Origin: Squalus acanthias
Lineage: Eukaryota
Assembly (NCBI GenBank): GCA_030390025.1
Contig: CM059433.1
Location: forward strand, 27,716,001-27,780,000
DNA: 64,000 nt
Direction of reading: 5' to 3'
The notes under the pieces were generated by a model. It searched no databases. It was not told the DNA's origin and saw only the letters and a list, made by a program, of their open reading frames with translations. A program made the position numbers and the translations under genes. Positions 25,358-38,095 of the stretch are shown one piece after another (within the stretch, counting starts at the first letter, position 1; every line of letters begins with the position of its first letter).

Positions 25358-25807
25358 ATATCCTTAGTCCAAGACACAAATTTACTACACAGTGGGCACT
25401 GCCTTTCTTGTGCCTGCCAAAGGAAATCGGTCTTCAGTGCCTCTGCTTTACAAAGGGGACTGTCACATAGATATACCATCTCCTGAAGACCAACCTACAG
25501 AGATGGCTCTTCCTTTGGGCGTTAAGGTCATGGCTGCATTGATGCCACCACCAGCGATATGTGCCGAATCAAGTCAGTTGGCCGCCTGCAGATGCATCAA
25601 AGCCAAGTGATGGAAGCAACAAGGGGGGACAACTGTCTTGTGGAATGGAGGCACCAGCTCAACAAGGCACAGAATTTCTCCTGGGCACAGGGTTCCCAAG
25701 AGTGCAGCTGGCGCCCGACAGGCATGACGCACGGCTATCGTCTGGAGACGGGTGCCAAACAGGGCCACGGAGATCACACACACCACTCTCAACATGCTCC
25801 CTTTGTC

Positions 25808-26040
25808 ATATAAACAGGAAATACTGGAAATACTCAGCAGGCCAGGCAGCATCAGTATAGAGAGAGAGAAACAGAGTTAACGTTTCAGGCCGATGACCTT
25901 TCATCAGTTCTGATGATTGGTCATTGACCTGAAAAGTTAACTCTGTTCCTCACTCTCCATAGATGCTGCCTGGCTTGCTGAGTATTTCCAGCATTTTCTG
26001 TTTTTATTTCAGATTTCCAGCATCCGCAGTTTTTTGCCTT
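25808..26040. mobile_element. Penelope-like hairpin element (second family) with hammerhead cores
   Basis: ~95-bp imperfect inverted arms centred on tcatcag-tt-ctgatga (25901-25916). Confidence 0.7.
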
Positions 26041-27093
26041 TTTGTTAATGTTCACTTGGCCAGCCGGTTAACTGGGAAAGGAGTGGGATATCAGTTACTG
26101 CAGAACACACCCACAGATTCTTCGATGCCTCCACATCGGGCTTCCTTTCACTGGGCATTACTTCTCCCTCAGCCCCACCTTTAAACTTGGCAAAGGTTGA
26201 CTAGGTATTACAACTCCTTTTGTAATGGCGGAGACAATATTTGTCCCCACATGCAACAAATAAGTGGCAACATCCCTTTAAATTTAAAGGCGCTGGCCTG
26301 ATGTTCCACTTGCCCCTTTTGGGCTTGCAGCTGGGACAAGACCAAGGCTGTGATGCCAATTATTCGACTAGCCTGAGCGTGTAAAACGGTGCGCAGTCAG
26401 CCCAGTGCATTGTGGGCTATCTCGGCTCAAGCGGCCAACCCACCCTGGCTCAGACATTGCCAACATCACAAAATTGGGGTGTAGAAGTTTTTCCACCAAT
26501 GAGGTAATTTCCTGGCTTATTCTCTTGCTTTTTGCCTTTATTAGGAATTTTTTTAATTGTTCTTTAATAAAAATCAAAAAATGTCTCCCTTCCTCTATTT
26601 ATCACCTAGCAAAGACTACGACTCACACTGGGATACAGCTTCACGTGCGCTAGCAGCTCTCCCATACCTTACCCAAGTGGGCATTCCAGGTAGAATCCTA
26701 AAAAGATACAGCACGGAAGGAGGCCAATTGGCCCATCGTGCCTGTGCAGGCTCTTTGAAAGAGCTCTCCAATTAGTCACACTCCCCTGCTCTTTCCCCAT
26801 AGCCCTGCAATTTTTCTCTCAGTTCAGTAGCTGCTGGCACTAATACCCTAGATTCCTCTGTGAGCCATGGGATTGAGTGCCAGCTGCTACTGGACTGTGG
26901 GGGGTGGGCACAGCCGAGCCCGAGCCCAATCCCAACTCCTGCCAACGGCCACCCAAAATGCACTTTTAAGCAAAGGATCACTGAGTAGCAGGTTTGTGAA
27001 ATTGAATTCAATAAATCTGGTTAATTTGCGGGCTACATCAGAAAAAAAACAGCTGCTAATAAAAAAAATTGGACTCATTGGAAAAATTAACAC

Positions 27094-27349
27094 GAGACAG
27101 ACAGAGAGAGAGAGAGACAGAGAGAGGGACAGACAGAGAGGGACAGACAGAGAGGGACAGACAGAGAGGGACAGACAGAGAGGGACAGACAGAGAGGGAC
27201 AGACAGAGACAGAGAGAGAGAGACACACAGAGAGAGAGAGAGACAGAGAGACAGAGAGAGAGAGAGAGAGAGACAGAAAGAGAGAGACAGAGAGCGAGAG
27301 AGACAGAGAGCGAGAGAGACAGAGAGCGAGTCAGAGAGAGAGAGAGACA

Positions 27350-27403
<54 letters not shown>

Positions 27404-27840
27404 GAGAGACAGAGAGAGAGAGACAGAGAGAGAGAGACAGAGAGAGAGAGACAGAGAGAGAGAGACAGAAAGAGAGAGACAGAGAGCGAGAGACAGAGAG
27501 CGAGAGAGACAGAGAGCGAGAGAGACAGAGAGCGAGAGAGACAGAGAGCGAGAGAGACAGAGAGCGAGAGAGACAGAGAGCGAGAGAGACAGAGAGCGAG
27601 AGAGACAGAGAGCGAGAGAGACAGAGAGCGAGAGAGACAGAGAGCGAGAGAGACAGAGAGCGAGAGAGACAGAGAGCGAGAGAGACAGAGAGCGAGAGAG
27701 ACAGAGAGCGAGAGAGACAGAGAGCGAGAGAGACAGAGAGCGAGTCAGAGAGAGAGCGAGTGAGAGAGTGAGCGAGTGAGAGAGAGAGCGAGAGAGCGAG
27801 AGAGTGAGAGAGTGAGAGAGTGAGAGTGAGAGTGAGAGTG

Positions 27841-27935
<95 letters not shown>

Positions 27936-30900
27936 GAGAATGAGGGAGGGAGCGAGAGACGGAGGGAGGGAGCGAGGGACGGAGGGAGGGAGCGAGGGAC
28001 GGAGGAGGGAGGGAGAGACGGAGGGAGGGAGGGAGGGAGCGAGAGACGGAGGGAGGGAGGAAGCGAGAGACGGAGGGAGGGAGCGAGAGACGGAGGGAGG
28101 GAGAGACGGAGGGAGGGAGAGACCGAGAGACGGAGCGAGGGAGGGAGCGAGGGAGGGAGGGAGCGAGGGAGGGAGGGAGCGAGGGAGGGAGCGAGGGAGG
28201 GAGGGAGGGACAGAGCGACGGACCGAAAGACGGAGCGAGGGAGGGAGGGACCGAGGGACAGAGCGAGGGAGGGAGGGAGCGAGGGACCGAGAGAGGGAGG
28301 GACCGAGAGAGGGAGTGAGGGACCGAGAGACGGAGCGAGAGGGGGAGGGAGCGAGGGAGGGAGGGAGGGACCGAGAGAGGGAGGGACCGAGAGAGGGAGT
28401 GAGGGACCGAGAGAGGGAGCGAGAGGGGGAGGGACCGAGAGATGGAGCGAGAGGGGGAGGGAGGGAGGGACCGAGAGAGGGAGCAAGGGAGGGAGGGACC
28501 GAGAGAGGGAGGGACCGAGAGAGGGAGCGAGGGAGCGAGGGAGAGAGGGAGCAAGGGAGAGAGGGAGGGACCGAGAGAGGGAGGGAGGGACCGACCGAGA
28601 GACGGAGCGACCGAGAGACGGAGCGAGAGGGGGAACGACCGAGAGACGGAGCGAGAGGAGGGGCGACCGAGAGGGGGAGCGACCGAGAGACGGAGCGAGA
28701 GGGGGAGCGACCGAGAGACGGAGCGAGAGGGGGAGCGACCGAGAGAGGGAGCGAGAGGGGGAGCGACCGAGAGAGGGAGCGAGAGGGGGAGCGACCGAGA
28801 GAGGGAGCGAGAGGGGGAGCGACCGAGAGAGGGAGCGAGAGGGGGAGCGACCGAGAGAGGGAGCGAGAGGGGGAGCGACCGAGAGAGGGAGCGAGAGGGG
28901 GAGCGAGAGGGGGAGCGACCGAGAGGGGGAGCGACCGAGAGGGGGAGCGACCGAGAGGGGGAGCGACCGAGAGGGGGAGCGAGAGGGGGAGCGACCGAGA
29001 GGGGGAGCGACCGAGAGGGGGAGCGAGAGGGGGAGCGACCGAGAGGGGGAGCGACCGAGAGGGGGAGCGAGAGGGGGAGCGACCGAGAGGGGGAGCGAGA
29101 GGGGGAGCGACCGAGAGGGGGAGCGAGCGAGAGGGGGAGCGAGAGGGGGAGCGAGCGAGAGGGGGAGCGACCGAGAGGGGGAGCGAGAGGGGGAGCGACC
29201 GAGAGGGGGAGCGAGAGGGGGAGCGACCGAGAGGGGGAGCGAGAGGGGGAGCGAGAGGGGGAGCGACCGAGAGGGGGAGCGAGAGGGGGAGCGACCGAGA
29301 GGGGGAGCGAGCGAGAGGGGGAGCGAGAGGGGGAGCGAGCGAGAGGGGGAGCGACCGAGAGGGGGAGCGAGAGGGGGAGCGACCGAGAGGGGGAGCGAGA
29401 GGGGGAGCGACCGAGAGGGGGAGCGAGAGGGGGAGCGAGAGGGGGAGCGACCGAGAGGGGGAGCGACCGAGAGGGGGAGCGAGCGAGAGGGGGCGACCAA
29501 GAGGGGGAGCGAGAGGGGGAGCGACCGAGAGGGGGAGCGAGAGGGGGAGCGACCGAGAGGGGGAGCGACCGAGAGGGGGAGCGACCGAGAGGGGGAGCGA
29601 GAGGGGGAGCGACCGAGAGGGGGAGCGAGAGGGGGAGCGACCGAGAGAGGGGGAGCGACCGAGAGAGGGGGAGCGACCGAGAGAGGGAGCGAGAGGGGGA
29701 GCGACCGAGAGAGGGGGAGCGACCGAGAGGGGGAGCGACCGAGAGGGGGAGCGACCGAGAGAGGGGGAGCGAGAGGGGGAGCGAGCGAGAGAGGGAGCGA
29801 GAGGGGGAGCGACCGAGAGAGGGGGAGCGACCGAGAGAGGGGGAGCGACCGAGAGAGGGAGCGAGAGGGGGAGCGACCGAGAGAGGGAGCGAGAGGGGGA
29901 GCGACCGAGAGATGGAGCGAGAGGGGGAGCGTCCGAGAGAGAGAGAGAGGGAGCGAGAGGGGGAGCGACCGAGAGAGGGAGCGAGAGGGGGAGCGACCGA
30001 GAGTGGGAGCGAGAGGGGGAGCGACCGAGAGAGGGAGCGAGAGGGGGAGCGACCGAGAGAGGGAGCGAGAGGGGGAGCGACCGAGAGAGGGAGCGAGAGG
30101 GGGAGCGACCGAGAGAGGGAGCGACCGAGAGAAGGAGCGAGAGGGGGAGCGACCGAGAGATGGAGCGAGAGGGGGAGCGACCGAGAGAGGGACCGAGAGA
30201 TGGACCGAGAGACGGAGCGACCGAGAGAGGGAGCGAGAGGGGGAGCGACCGAGAGAGGGAGCGAGAGGGGGAGCGACCGAGAGAGGGAGCGAGAGGGGGA
30301 GCGACCGAGAGACGGAGCGAGAGGGGGAGCGACCGTGACAGGAAGCGAGGGGGGAAGCGAGCGAGGGAGGGAGCGAGAGGGGGAGCGACCGAGAGACGGA
30401 GCGAGGGAGGGAGCGGGAGCGACCGAGAGGCGCACCGACAGAGAGAGCGAGAGATGGACCGACAGAGAGAGAGCGAGAGGCGGACCGACAGAGAGAGAGC
30501 GAGAGGCGCACCGACAGAGAGAGCGAGAGACGGACCGACAGAGAGAGCGAGAGACGGACCGACAGAGAGAGCGAGAGACGGACCGACAGAGAGAGCGAGA
30601 GACGGACCGACAGAGAGCGCGTGAGAGACGGACCGACAGAGAGAGCGCGAGAGGGGGACCGACAGAGAGAGAGCGCGAGAGGGGGACCGACAGAGAGAGC
30701 GCGAGAGGGGGACCGACAGAGAGAGCGCGAGAGGGGGACCGACAGAGAGAGCGCGAGAGGGGGACCGACAGAGAGAGAGCGCGAGAGGGGGACCGACAGA
30801 GAGAGAGCGCGAGAGGGGGACCGACAGAGAGAGCGCGAGAGGGGGACCGACCGAGAGAGGGACCGAGAGATGGACCGAGAGACGGAGCGACCGAGAGATG

Positions 30901-32060
30901 GAGCGAGAGGGGGAGCGACCGAGAGAGGGACCGAGAGGGGGTGCGACCGAGAGAGCGACCGAGAGGGAGCGACCAGAGATGGACCGAGAGACGGAGCGAC
31001 CGAGAGAGGGACCGAGAGGGGGAGCGACCGAGAGACGGAGCGAGGGACGGAGCGACCGAGAGACGGAGCGAGAGGAGGGGCGACCGAGACGGAGCGAGAG
31101 GGGGAGCGACCGAGAGACGGAGCGAGGGAGGCAGCGACCGAGAGACGGAGCGAGGGAGGCAGCGACCGAGAGACGGAGCGAGGGAGGCAGCGACCGAGAG
31201 ACGGAGCGAGGGAGGCAGCGACCGAGAGACGGAGCGAGGGAGGCAGCGACCGAGAGACGGAGCGAGGGAGGCAGCGACCGAGAGACGGAGCGAGGGAGGC
31301 AGCGACCGAGAGACGGAGCGAGGGAGGCAGCGACCGAGAGACGGAGCGAGGGAGGCAGCGACCGAGAGACGGTGCGAGGGAGGCAGCGACCGAGAGACGG
31401 AGCGAGAGGGGGAGCGACCGAGAGACGGAGCGAGGGAGGGAGCGACCGAGAGACGGAGCGAGAGGGGGAGCGACCGAGAGAGGGAGCGAGCGACCGAGAG
31501 AGGGAGCGAGGGAGGGAGCGACCGAGAGAGGGAGCGAGGGAGGGAGCGACCGAGAGAGGGAGCGAGGGAGGGAGCGACCGAGAGAGGGAGCGAGGGAGGG
31601 AGCGACCGAGACAGGGAGCGAGGGGGGAAGCGAGCGAGACAGGGAGCGAGGGGGGAAGCGAGCGAGGGAGGGAGCGAGAGGGGGAGCGACCGAGAGACGG
31701 AGCGAGGGAGGGAGCGGGAGCGACCGAGAGGCGCACCGACAGAGAGAGCGAGAGATGGACCGACAGAGAGAGAGCGAGAGGCGGACCGACAGAGAGAGAG
31801 CGAGAGGCGGACCGACAGAGAGAGAGCGAGAGACGGACCGACAGAGAGAGAGCGAGAGACGGACCGACAGAGAGAGAGCGCGAGAGGGGGACCGACAGAG
31901 AGAGCGCGAGAGGGGGACCGACAGAGAGAGCGCGAGAGGGGGACCGACAGAGAGAGAGCGCGAGAGGGGGACCGACAGAGAGAGAGCGCGAGAGGGGGAC
32001 CGACAGAGAGAGCGCGAGAGGGGGACCGACAGAGAGAGAGCGAGAGAGAAACCGAGAGCG
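27094..32060. repeat. ~5 kb compound purine-rich micro/minisatellite
   Basis: Successive blocks of GACA/GAGA, 16-bp GAGAGACAGAGAGCGA, pure (GACA)n, GAGG, GAGCGACCGAGAGGGG and 28-bp GAGCGAGGGAGGCAGCGACCGAGAGACG units; almost no T on the plus strand. Confidence 0.97.
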
Positions 32061-32349
32061 CAAAAACAGACTATGGGTGGGTTAGGAAGAGATTACAATA
32101 AGAGTTTTGATCTCTACATCATAGATTATGAAAGTTTACCAATACCTTAATAATATTAGAAACTAACGCTTCATGATATGCAAATGGGAAAAATAGATTT
32201 CCATATTAAAAAATCTTTGGTAGCAGGCATTCAGCATAGAACGCTCCAGATGCACCACTGCTAAACGGTACCCTTGGGGCTTAATCAAGTTGGCTGGAAA
32301 CCCAAGTAAAGATGCACATTAGTGATGAACAGAAGGTGTTACAGAACTA

Positions 32350-32790
32350 CAACAACTTATATTTATATAGCACCTTCACAGGAATGTTATCAAACAAAAT
32401 TGGACACTGAGCCACATAAGGATATATTAGGACAGCTGACTAAAAGCTTGATCAAAGAGGTAGGTTGTAAGGAGCATCTTAAAGGAGGAGAGAGATGGAG
32501 ATATGGAGAGGTAGAGAGGCTTATGGAGGGAATTCCAGAGCTTTGAGCCGAGGCAGCTGAAGGCACGGCCGCCAATGGTGGAGCGATGAAAATTGAGGAT
32601 GCGCAAGAGGCCAGAATTGGAGGAGCGCAGATATCTCGGAGGGTTGTAGAGCCGGAAGAGGTTAGAGATAGGGAGGGGCGAGGCCATGGAGGATTTGAAG
32701 ACAACGACGAGATTTTTAAAATTGAGGCGTTGCTGGACTGGGAGCCAATGGAGGTCAGCGAGCACAGCGGTGATAGGTGAAGGTGAACGG
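32350..32790 (-). mobile_element. L2-type LINE 3' fragment
   Basis: PITAVLADLHWLPVQQR...GGRAFS...LWNSL peptide. Confidence 0.85.
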
Positions 32791-33211
32791 AACAAGCATT
32801 ACAAGTAAAAAAAAAAATCCTGTACATCCTACGTGATTTTGTTGGAACAACAATCTGCAGATCTACAGGCTAGTAGAATGCATCGCAAGTGTTGCATTTG
32901 CACTGCTTTCCATTATGTTTCAATACACACATTCATGCCGGTAGCTTAAAATATTAATGTTGTAGGTTAGCCGTTTGAAACGGGGGGATGTGTGAAAGCA
33001 GTTATTAAAACTTTTGGCCTACTTCGACAGATGAATCTACCACACCTATAGCTAATTACCAATATTAACCACCAATTTCTGTACAATCGTATTATCTAAT
33101 TTTTTAACGAAAAAAAATCTTAAATAGACTGCAAGCAAAAGTATTAAAATCAATAAAGGAGGCGGGCAAACACACACACACACACCCCCACCCACAAATC
33201 AATAGGCTCAC

Positions 33212-33220
33212 CTCCATGAC
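33212..33220 (-). CDS. dst: Candidate 9-nt alternative microexon of dst encoding Val-Met-Glu
   Basis: Minus strand reads gtccag|GTCATGGAG|gtgagc; phase 0-0 between SQSTQ and FHDK, where I recall an optional ITE tripeptide in the paralog MACF1. Confidence 0.65.
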
Positions 33221-33620
33221 CTGGACGTTGCGATTTACAGCACAATACAATTTTTGGGAAGGTTAAAGTTTTAATGATCACACAGGAGCAAAAAGGGGGT
33301 ATTTGAGATGAAAGACAAAGAAAAAAAAAAGTTAATTTCAGAAATTTGTATTTTAAAGAAATGGGGAAGAAAAAAAATGAAAAGCATTGACAATGTTAAC
33401 TGCTCAAAACACTAACGGAAGAGGATTAGATAACAGAATAGACTCCCAACAGCTGCTGCAGGTTTCATGATATACGGCATAACAAACTCCTAATTATACC
33501 ATTTTGGTTTTGTAGATTCAAGTTTAAGTGCTACCTGATTACACTGTGACAGATAACAGAAAGCGGTCATGTGGAAACTAGCAGCAACAAGGTAATACTT
33601 AATTGTGACGTAGTTTGTAC

Positions 33621-33824
33621 CTGAGTGGATTGAGAAATGGCCTCATCCAGTGAGATGGCTCTTTGCTTGACATCTTCTTTGACCTTACTGTAAAGTGTGT
33701 CGGCTGCTGTGTACTTCTGTTGAATGGCCAGGCCTTCCCGAGGGCTTAGCTCCAGTAACTGAGGCCCGGTTTTATTCATCTTATCGATATGGGGCTTGTG
33801 TTCGGCTATCAGCTCCCGCAGTTG
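33621..33824 (-). CDS. dst: dst exon ([10 protein letters not shown]...AISQSTQ), 204 nt
   Basis: ttgcag acceptor, CAG|GTACAA donor. Confidence 0.93.
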
Positions 33825-34114
33825 CTGCAATAGAATAAAGCATCGGTCAATAATTAAAACTAGCACGTTCCCCATTAAAGCTGCCTAATCCTGGAAGCAG
33901 CATGCGTCACCACCTCAAGTATCCAGCCAGAACGTTACAGTACCTTTCCAGGTAGTGGTGCGAGAATAGGTCGGTCTTTAATACTAACGGAGGTCGGGTA
34001 ACATTTCACACAAGGCAAGAGATTCGTTTTCTCGGTAAAGTGCAAACTCTCTGTGCCGAATTCCTATGCTGTATTTTCGCAGTTCAATTATTCCCTTTAT
34101 ATTTATATTGTTTA

Positions 34115-34600
34115 CATAGAATTAGTGTACAGCATAGAAACAGGCCGTTCGGCCCAACTGGTCCATGTCGGTGTTTATGCTCCACACAAGCCTCCTCCCA
34201 CTCCTCTTCATCTAGCCCCATCAGCATAACCTTTTATTCTTTTCTCCCTCAAGTGTTTATCTAGCTTCCCCTTAAATGTATTAATGCTATTCGCCTCAGC
34301 TACTCAGAGAGTGGTGAGAATGTGGAACTCGTTACCACATGGAGTAAAGAAATTTCTCCTGAATTCCCTATTGGATTTATTAGTGACCATCTTATATTAA
34401 TGACCCCTACTTTTGGTCTCCACTACAAGTCTACCTTATCAAACCCCTTCATAATTTTAAAGACCTCTATCAGGTCACTCCTCAGCCTTCTCTTTTTTTT
34501 TAATATAGAGAAAAGAGCCCCAGCCTGTTTGCTCTTTCCTGATGGGTATAACCTCTCAGTTCTGGTATCATTCCTGTAAATCTTTCTTGCACCTTCTAAA
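34115..34600 (-). mobile_element. CR1 3' fragment
   Basis: CR1 tail and decayed ORF2 end. Confidence 0.7.
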
Positions 34601-36019
34601 TTTACTGAGTTAAACGTGTAACTCAGTTGGATGGCTCTCTTGTATCTAGTTATTCTGCCAGATACCGAGCTTCTGTTTAAATAACATGAGGATCACTTAA
34701 TAAAGTGTGATCTTCTATCACATCCCCAAAAATCAGGAGGTCAGAAACATTGCTCGCTTCGCACGGAGCTTGCTGTAAATCCAAGTCCCAATAATCATGC
34801 TTCCTGACATGATTGTTTAAGTATTGTTTATTGGGCCAACACTTAAATGCTGTGAAACAAAAAATGGTTTTAAAAAAAAATGTACAGAATGAACAAAGCA
34901 CCCTTGAGAAATTTTTGCTCAATGTCCACACTTCTGCCACATTACTGACCAAAAGATAAATGATCTTAAGCTCACATATTTAGTTCTATCGACATGTCAG
35001 TTTCAATTGCACTATTACTGAATTTTTTTAATGAAAAATAAACTGATATTCAGATTCAATAAAGGAAAGAAATTGCAGGGCTATGGGGAAGAGCAGGGGG
35101 AGTGGGAGTAATTGGATAGCTCGTCTAAAGAGCCGGCACAGGCACGATGGGTCAAATGGCCTCCTTCTGTGGTTTATGACTATGAGCTCTTAGAAAGCAT
35201 CGTGAAAAACGTTTTCAACTGTTCACTTCAACTTACTTTTAAGTTAAAAAAGGCATGCATCTAATCTGGGAGCTGACCCACAATTTGTAAAATAAAAGTG
35301 AGGATATGGGAACAGGACTAGACCATATGATCCAGAGTGAGCACTGCCATTTTGTTAGCCACGGCAGCCATCAATTCCAAATTCCCCAAAAACATGAGAC
35401 AGATTTCATTTAAATGTGTAAAACTTGAGTACAATAAACTTCTAGAAGACCAGGATATATGATTCCGAAAAGCCAAATAGTAAAAGCACATTTAGAAAAA
35501 GGAACTTGGCAGTGGTCTTTCAATTTGTGTATTCAAGTGTTATGTTGGCCAAACAAATTCTGAATATGCGAATTCCCCGACCTTTGAACTCACTGGCTTA
35601 AATGTTCTGGTGAAACAATGAGAATAATTATAGGCTGGCAATGATCCAGTTCCCTGACCCAGTGTAAAGCAAAAAGAAATTCAAACAAACAAGCCCTTTG
35701 AAGATGACATCATGGATGAAGGCTCTACCCTTGGGCCTAAAATCCGAAACCCAGTCATTTCCTGTAACGTGCATTGAAACAAGAGTTTTCCAATTAATTT
35801 GAAGCAGGGAAAAGTATTATATTGCGAAGAAAACAAAACCGATTCATTAACATGGGTTGTTACATGCAGTCCTTCTGTAAACCCCAATGCATTCTATACT
35901 CCAGCTTTAGAAAACATACATATCACTTCAAACCCTTGGGTATTTTGTCGATCCAGCTCATTTTTCAAGTGGTTAGAGTGTTATATAAAAAAGGGAGAAA
36001 TTAAGCTTGTTGAGTACAA

Positions 36020-36620
36020 TATCAATCTTGCTCTCTCGTCCACCAACTCATAAGTATGTGAAAAGTCAGCGGATGAGCATCGGCAATAGCAGAGAAACTG
36101 GAGAGGAAACTAGATAGCCACGAACATCGCTCTGCTGGGAGATCAGATGCTGGTATCTTATTTAGAGGTGCATGGTGCAACCTCTTTTCAAAGGCTTTGG
36201 AGAGGTCCAAGATAACGACAAATAATTCAGTGATATTTTCAAGAACAGAGTTTCAAGCGTGCATGACACAGATGAGAAAATCATCGGTGAAAACTATACT
36301 GGCAATCATGGATTGGGACGGAATCTGCAATGTGACGGAGAGTTAGCAACAGCTTCCGTAACTTGAGACAGTACCAATGTGAAGGCAATAGGGCAGTAGT
36401 TGAAAGGGCAAGAGGAAATCATCTTGCTCAGGGATAGCGTCAAAAAGCAAATTTCCAAACAGACAGTAAGGTGGACTGACAGCAAGAGATTAAAGTGATG
36501 ACAAAGACAAATTGCATAGACAAGTCATTCATCCACTGCAGATGCAATGGTCCACAAATCTTTAATTCCAAGAAAATGGACATTTTCAAGTTAATGTAAA
36601 TCAATTTCATAGACTGATTA
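36020..36620 (-). mobile_element. Degenerate LINE reverse-transcriptase fragment (clade unresolved)
   Basis: PFNYCPIAFTLVLSQV (NYRPI-like), DLSKAF and WLSSFLS motifs. Confidence 0.6.
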
Positions 36621-37737
36621 GGTCCAAAGAGGACAATGGTGTCAGAACATGTACATATTGGACTATTGTTTAAGCAAGTAGACATGTTCGATGCACTCAT
36701 TTGAGAACCATAGAAGGGATAGGAGCTCTGGTGTTACAATTTTTGGGGCTTCTCCAGATACTTCTTCTCATGCCCAAAGTAAGATCCAGCTCCCACAGAC
36801 AAACTGCCCCTTTCTATCAACTAGTGAGCTATTGTGTGCAGAATAATAGTGTGTCCTGGGCAAACAAGAAACCCAAGTGTTGTCTTCTGGATTACATGGA
36901 AGATTTCTAGTACACGCTGCATCACTTCAATTAATATCAGTTATGCCAGACAGTTTCATAGCAGATTAAACTTTGACAACAGGTTCAGTCACAGCAGCAG
37001 TAACAGCAAGCTGCTGAAACCAGTTCAAGTAACACTGCAATTGTGAACTGGTTGAAGAAAGAGGTAAACAGAGAAACCCATCACTTGAGTTTCTTTGACT
37101 GGCTTTATGAGCAGATATTTCAAGCAAAAGACAGAGTTCTCCGAAGGCAAGTAGCCTCTCACTCCCCACCAGTTACAGTTGCTCAGAATAGTGTTGGCAT
37201 CTTACCCACAGAGTGACATTTTGCTTTTACATCTGTTGCAGCTGGGTCAAAACCTAACAAACTGACATGTCCATTCATATACCCACAGTACTGTCAAATA
37301 CAGTCTTGCTTTTGAGAAGCCAATCTATCAGAAAAAGGCATTTTACTCAAACAATAAGCTTCAAACGCATAGACAAAGGTATGCAAATGGCCACCTATAG
37401 TGTCTGACAAGTGTTGTCTACACTCCAACTATCTTGATTAGATTATTTCAACCCTTAATAGAGATGTACGTCAATTCTTTCTAGCAGTTGAGTGTGCTCA
37501 GTGAATACAGCTGGAGATGTATGCATCTGGGAAAAGAAACCGATTCACGCCTGGCTTCTTTCTGATCGACTAACTGCTATTAGATTAGAAGCCAATCTTG
37601 CAGCATGCAGTAGTTGTAGAGGACATTGGAGAATGAGATCTTTCTCAGTAGACCTACTTTTAAGATAAGAAATGCAGTTGATAGAAGAGATTCATAGGCT
37701 ATGAACAAAAATACCCCCTAGAGCAGAACAGATTTAA

Positions 37738-38095
37738 CAAAGGTGTTCAAAATTATGAAGGGTTTTGATAGAGTAAATAAGGAGAAACTGTTTCCACTGG
37801 CAGAAGGGTTGGTAACCAGAGGACACAGATTTAGATAATTGGCAAAAGAACCTGAGGGTAGATGAGAATTTTTTCACACAGCGACTTATGATGATCTGGA
37901 ATGCAGTGCCTGAACGGGTGGTGAAAGCATATTCAATAATAACTTTCAAAAGGGAATTGGATAAATAATTGGATAAAAGGGGTAAAAAAAAAAATTACAG
38001 GGCTATGGGAAGTGAGATTAATTGGATAGCTCTACCAAAGAGCCGGCACAGACACGATGGGGTGAATGGCCTCCTTCTGTGCTGTATGAATCTAT
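37738..38095 (+). mobile_element. CR1 3' fragment
   Basis: VFKIMKGFDRVNKEKLFPLAEG-coding stretch and 3' tail. Confidence 0.8.

Noticed and set aside
26867..32150. Very long ORFs (up to 1658 aa) on both strands
   Set aside because: Artefact of a T-poor/A-poor simple repeat in which stop codons cannot form; peptides are low-complexity ER/SL repeats.
33944..34080. Donor-like site and open frame just upstream of exon 33621-33824
   Set aside because: No convincing acceptor or start; peptide unrecognisable.
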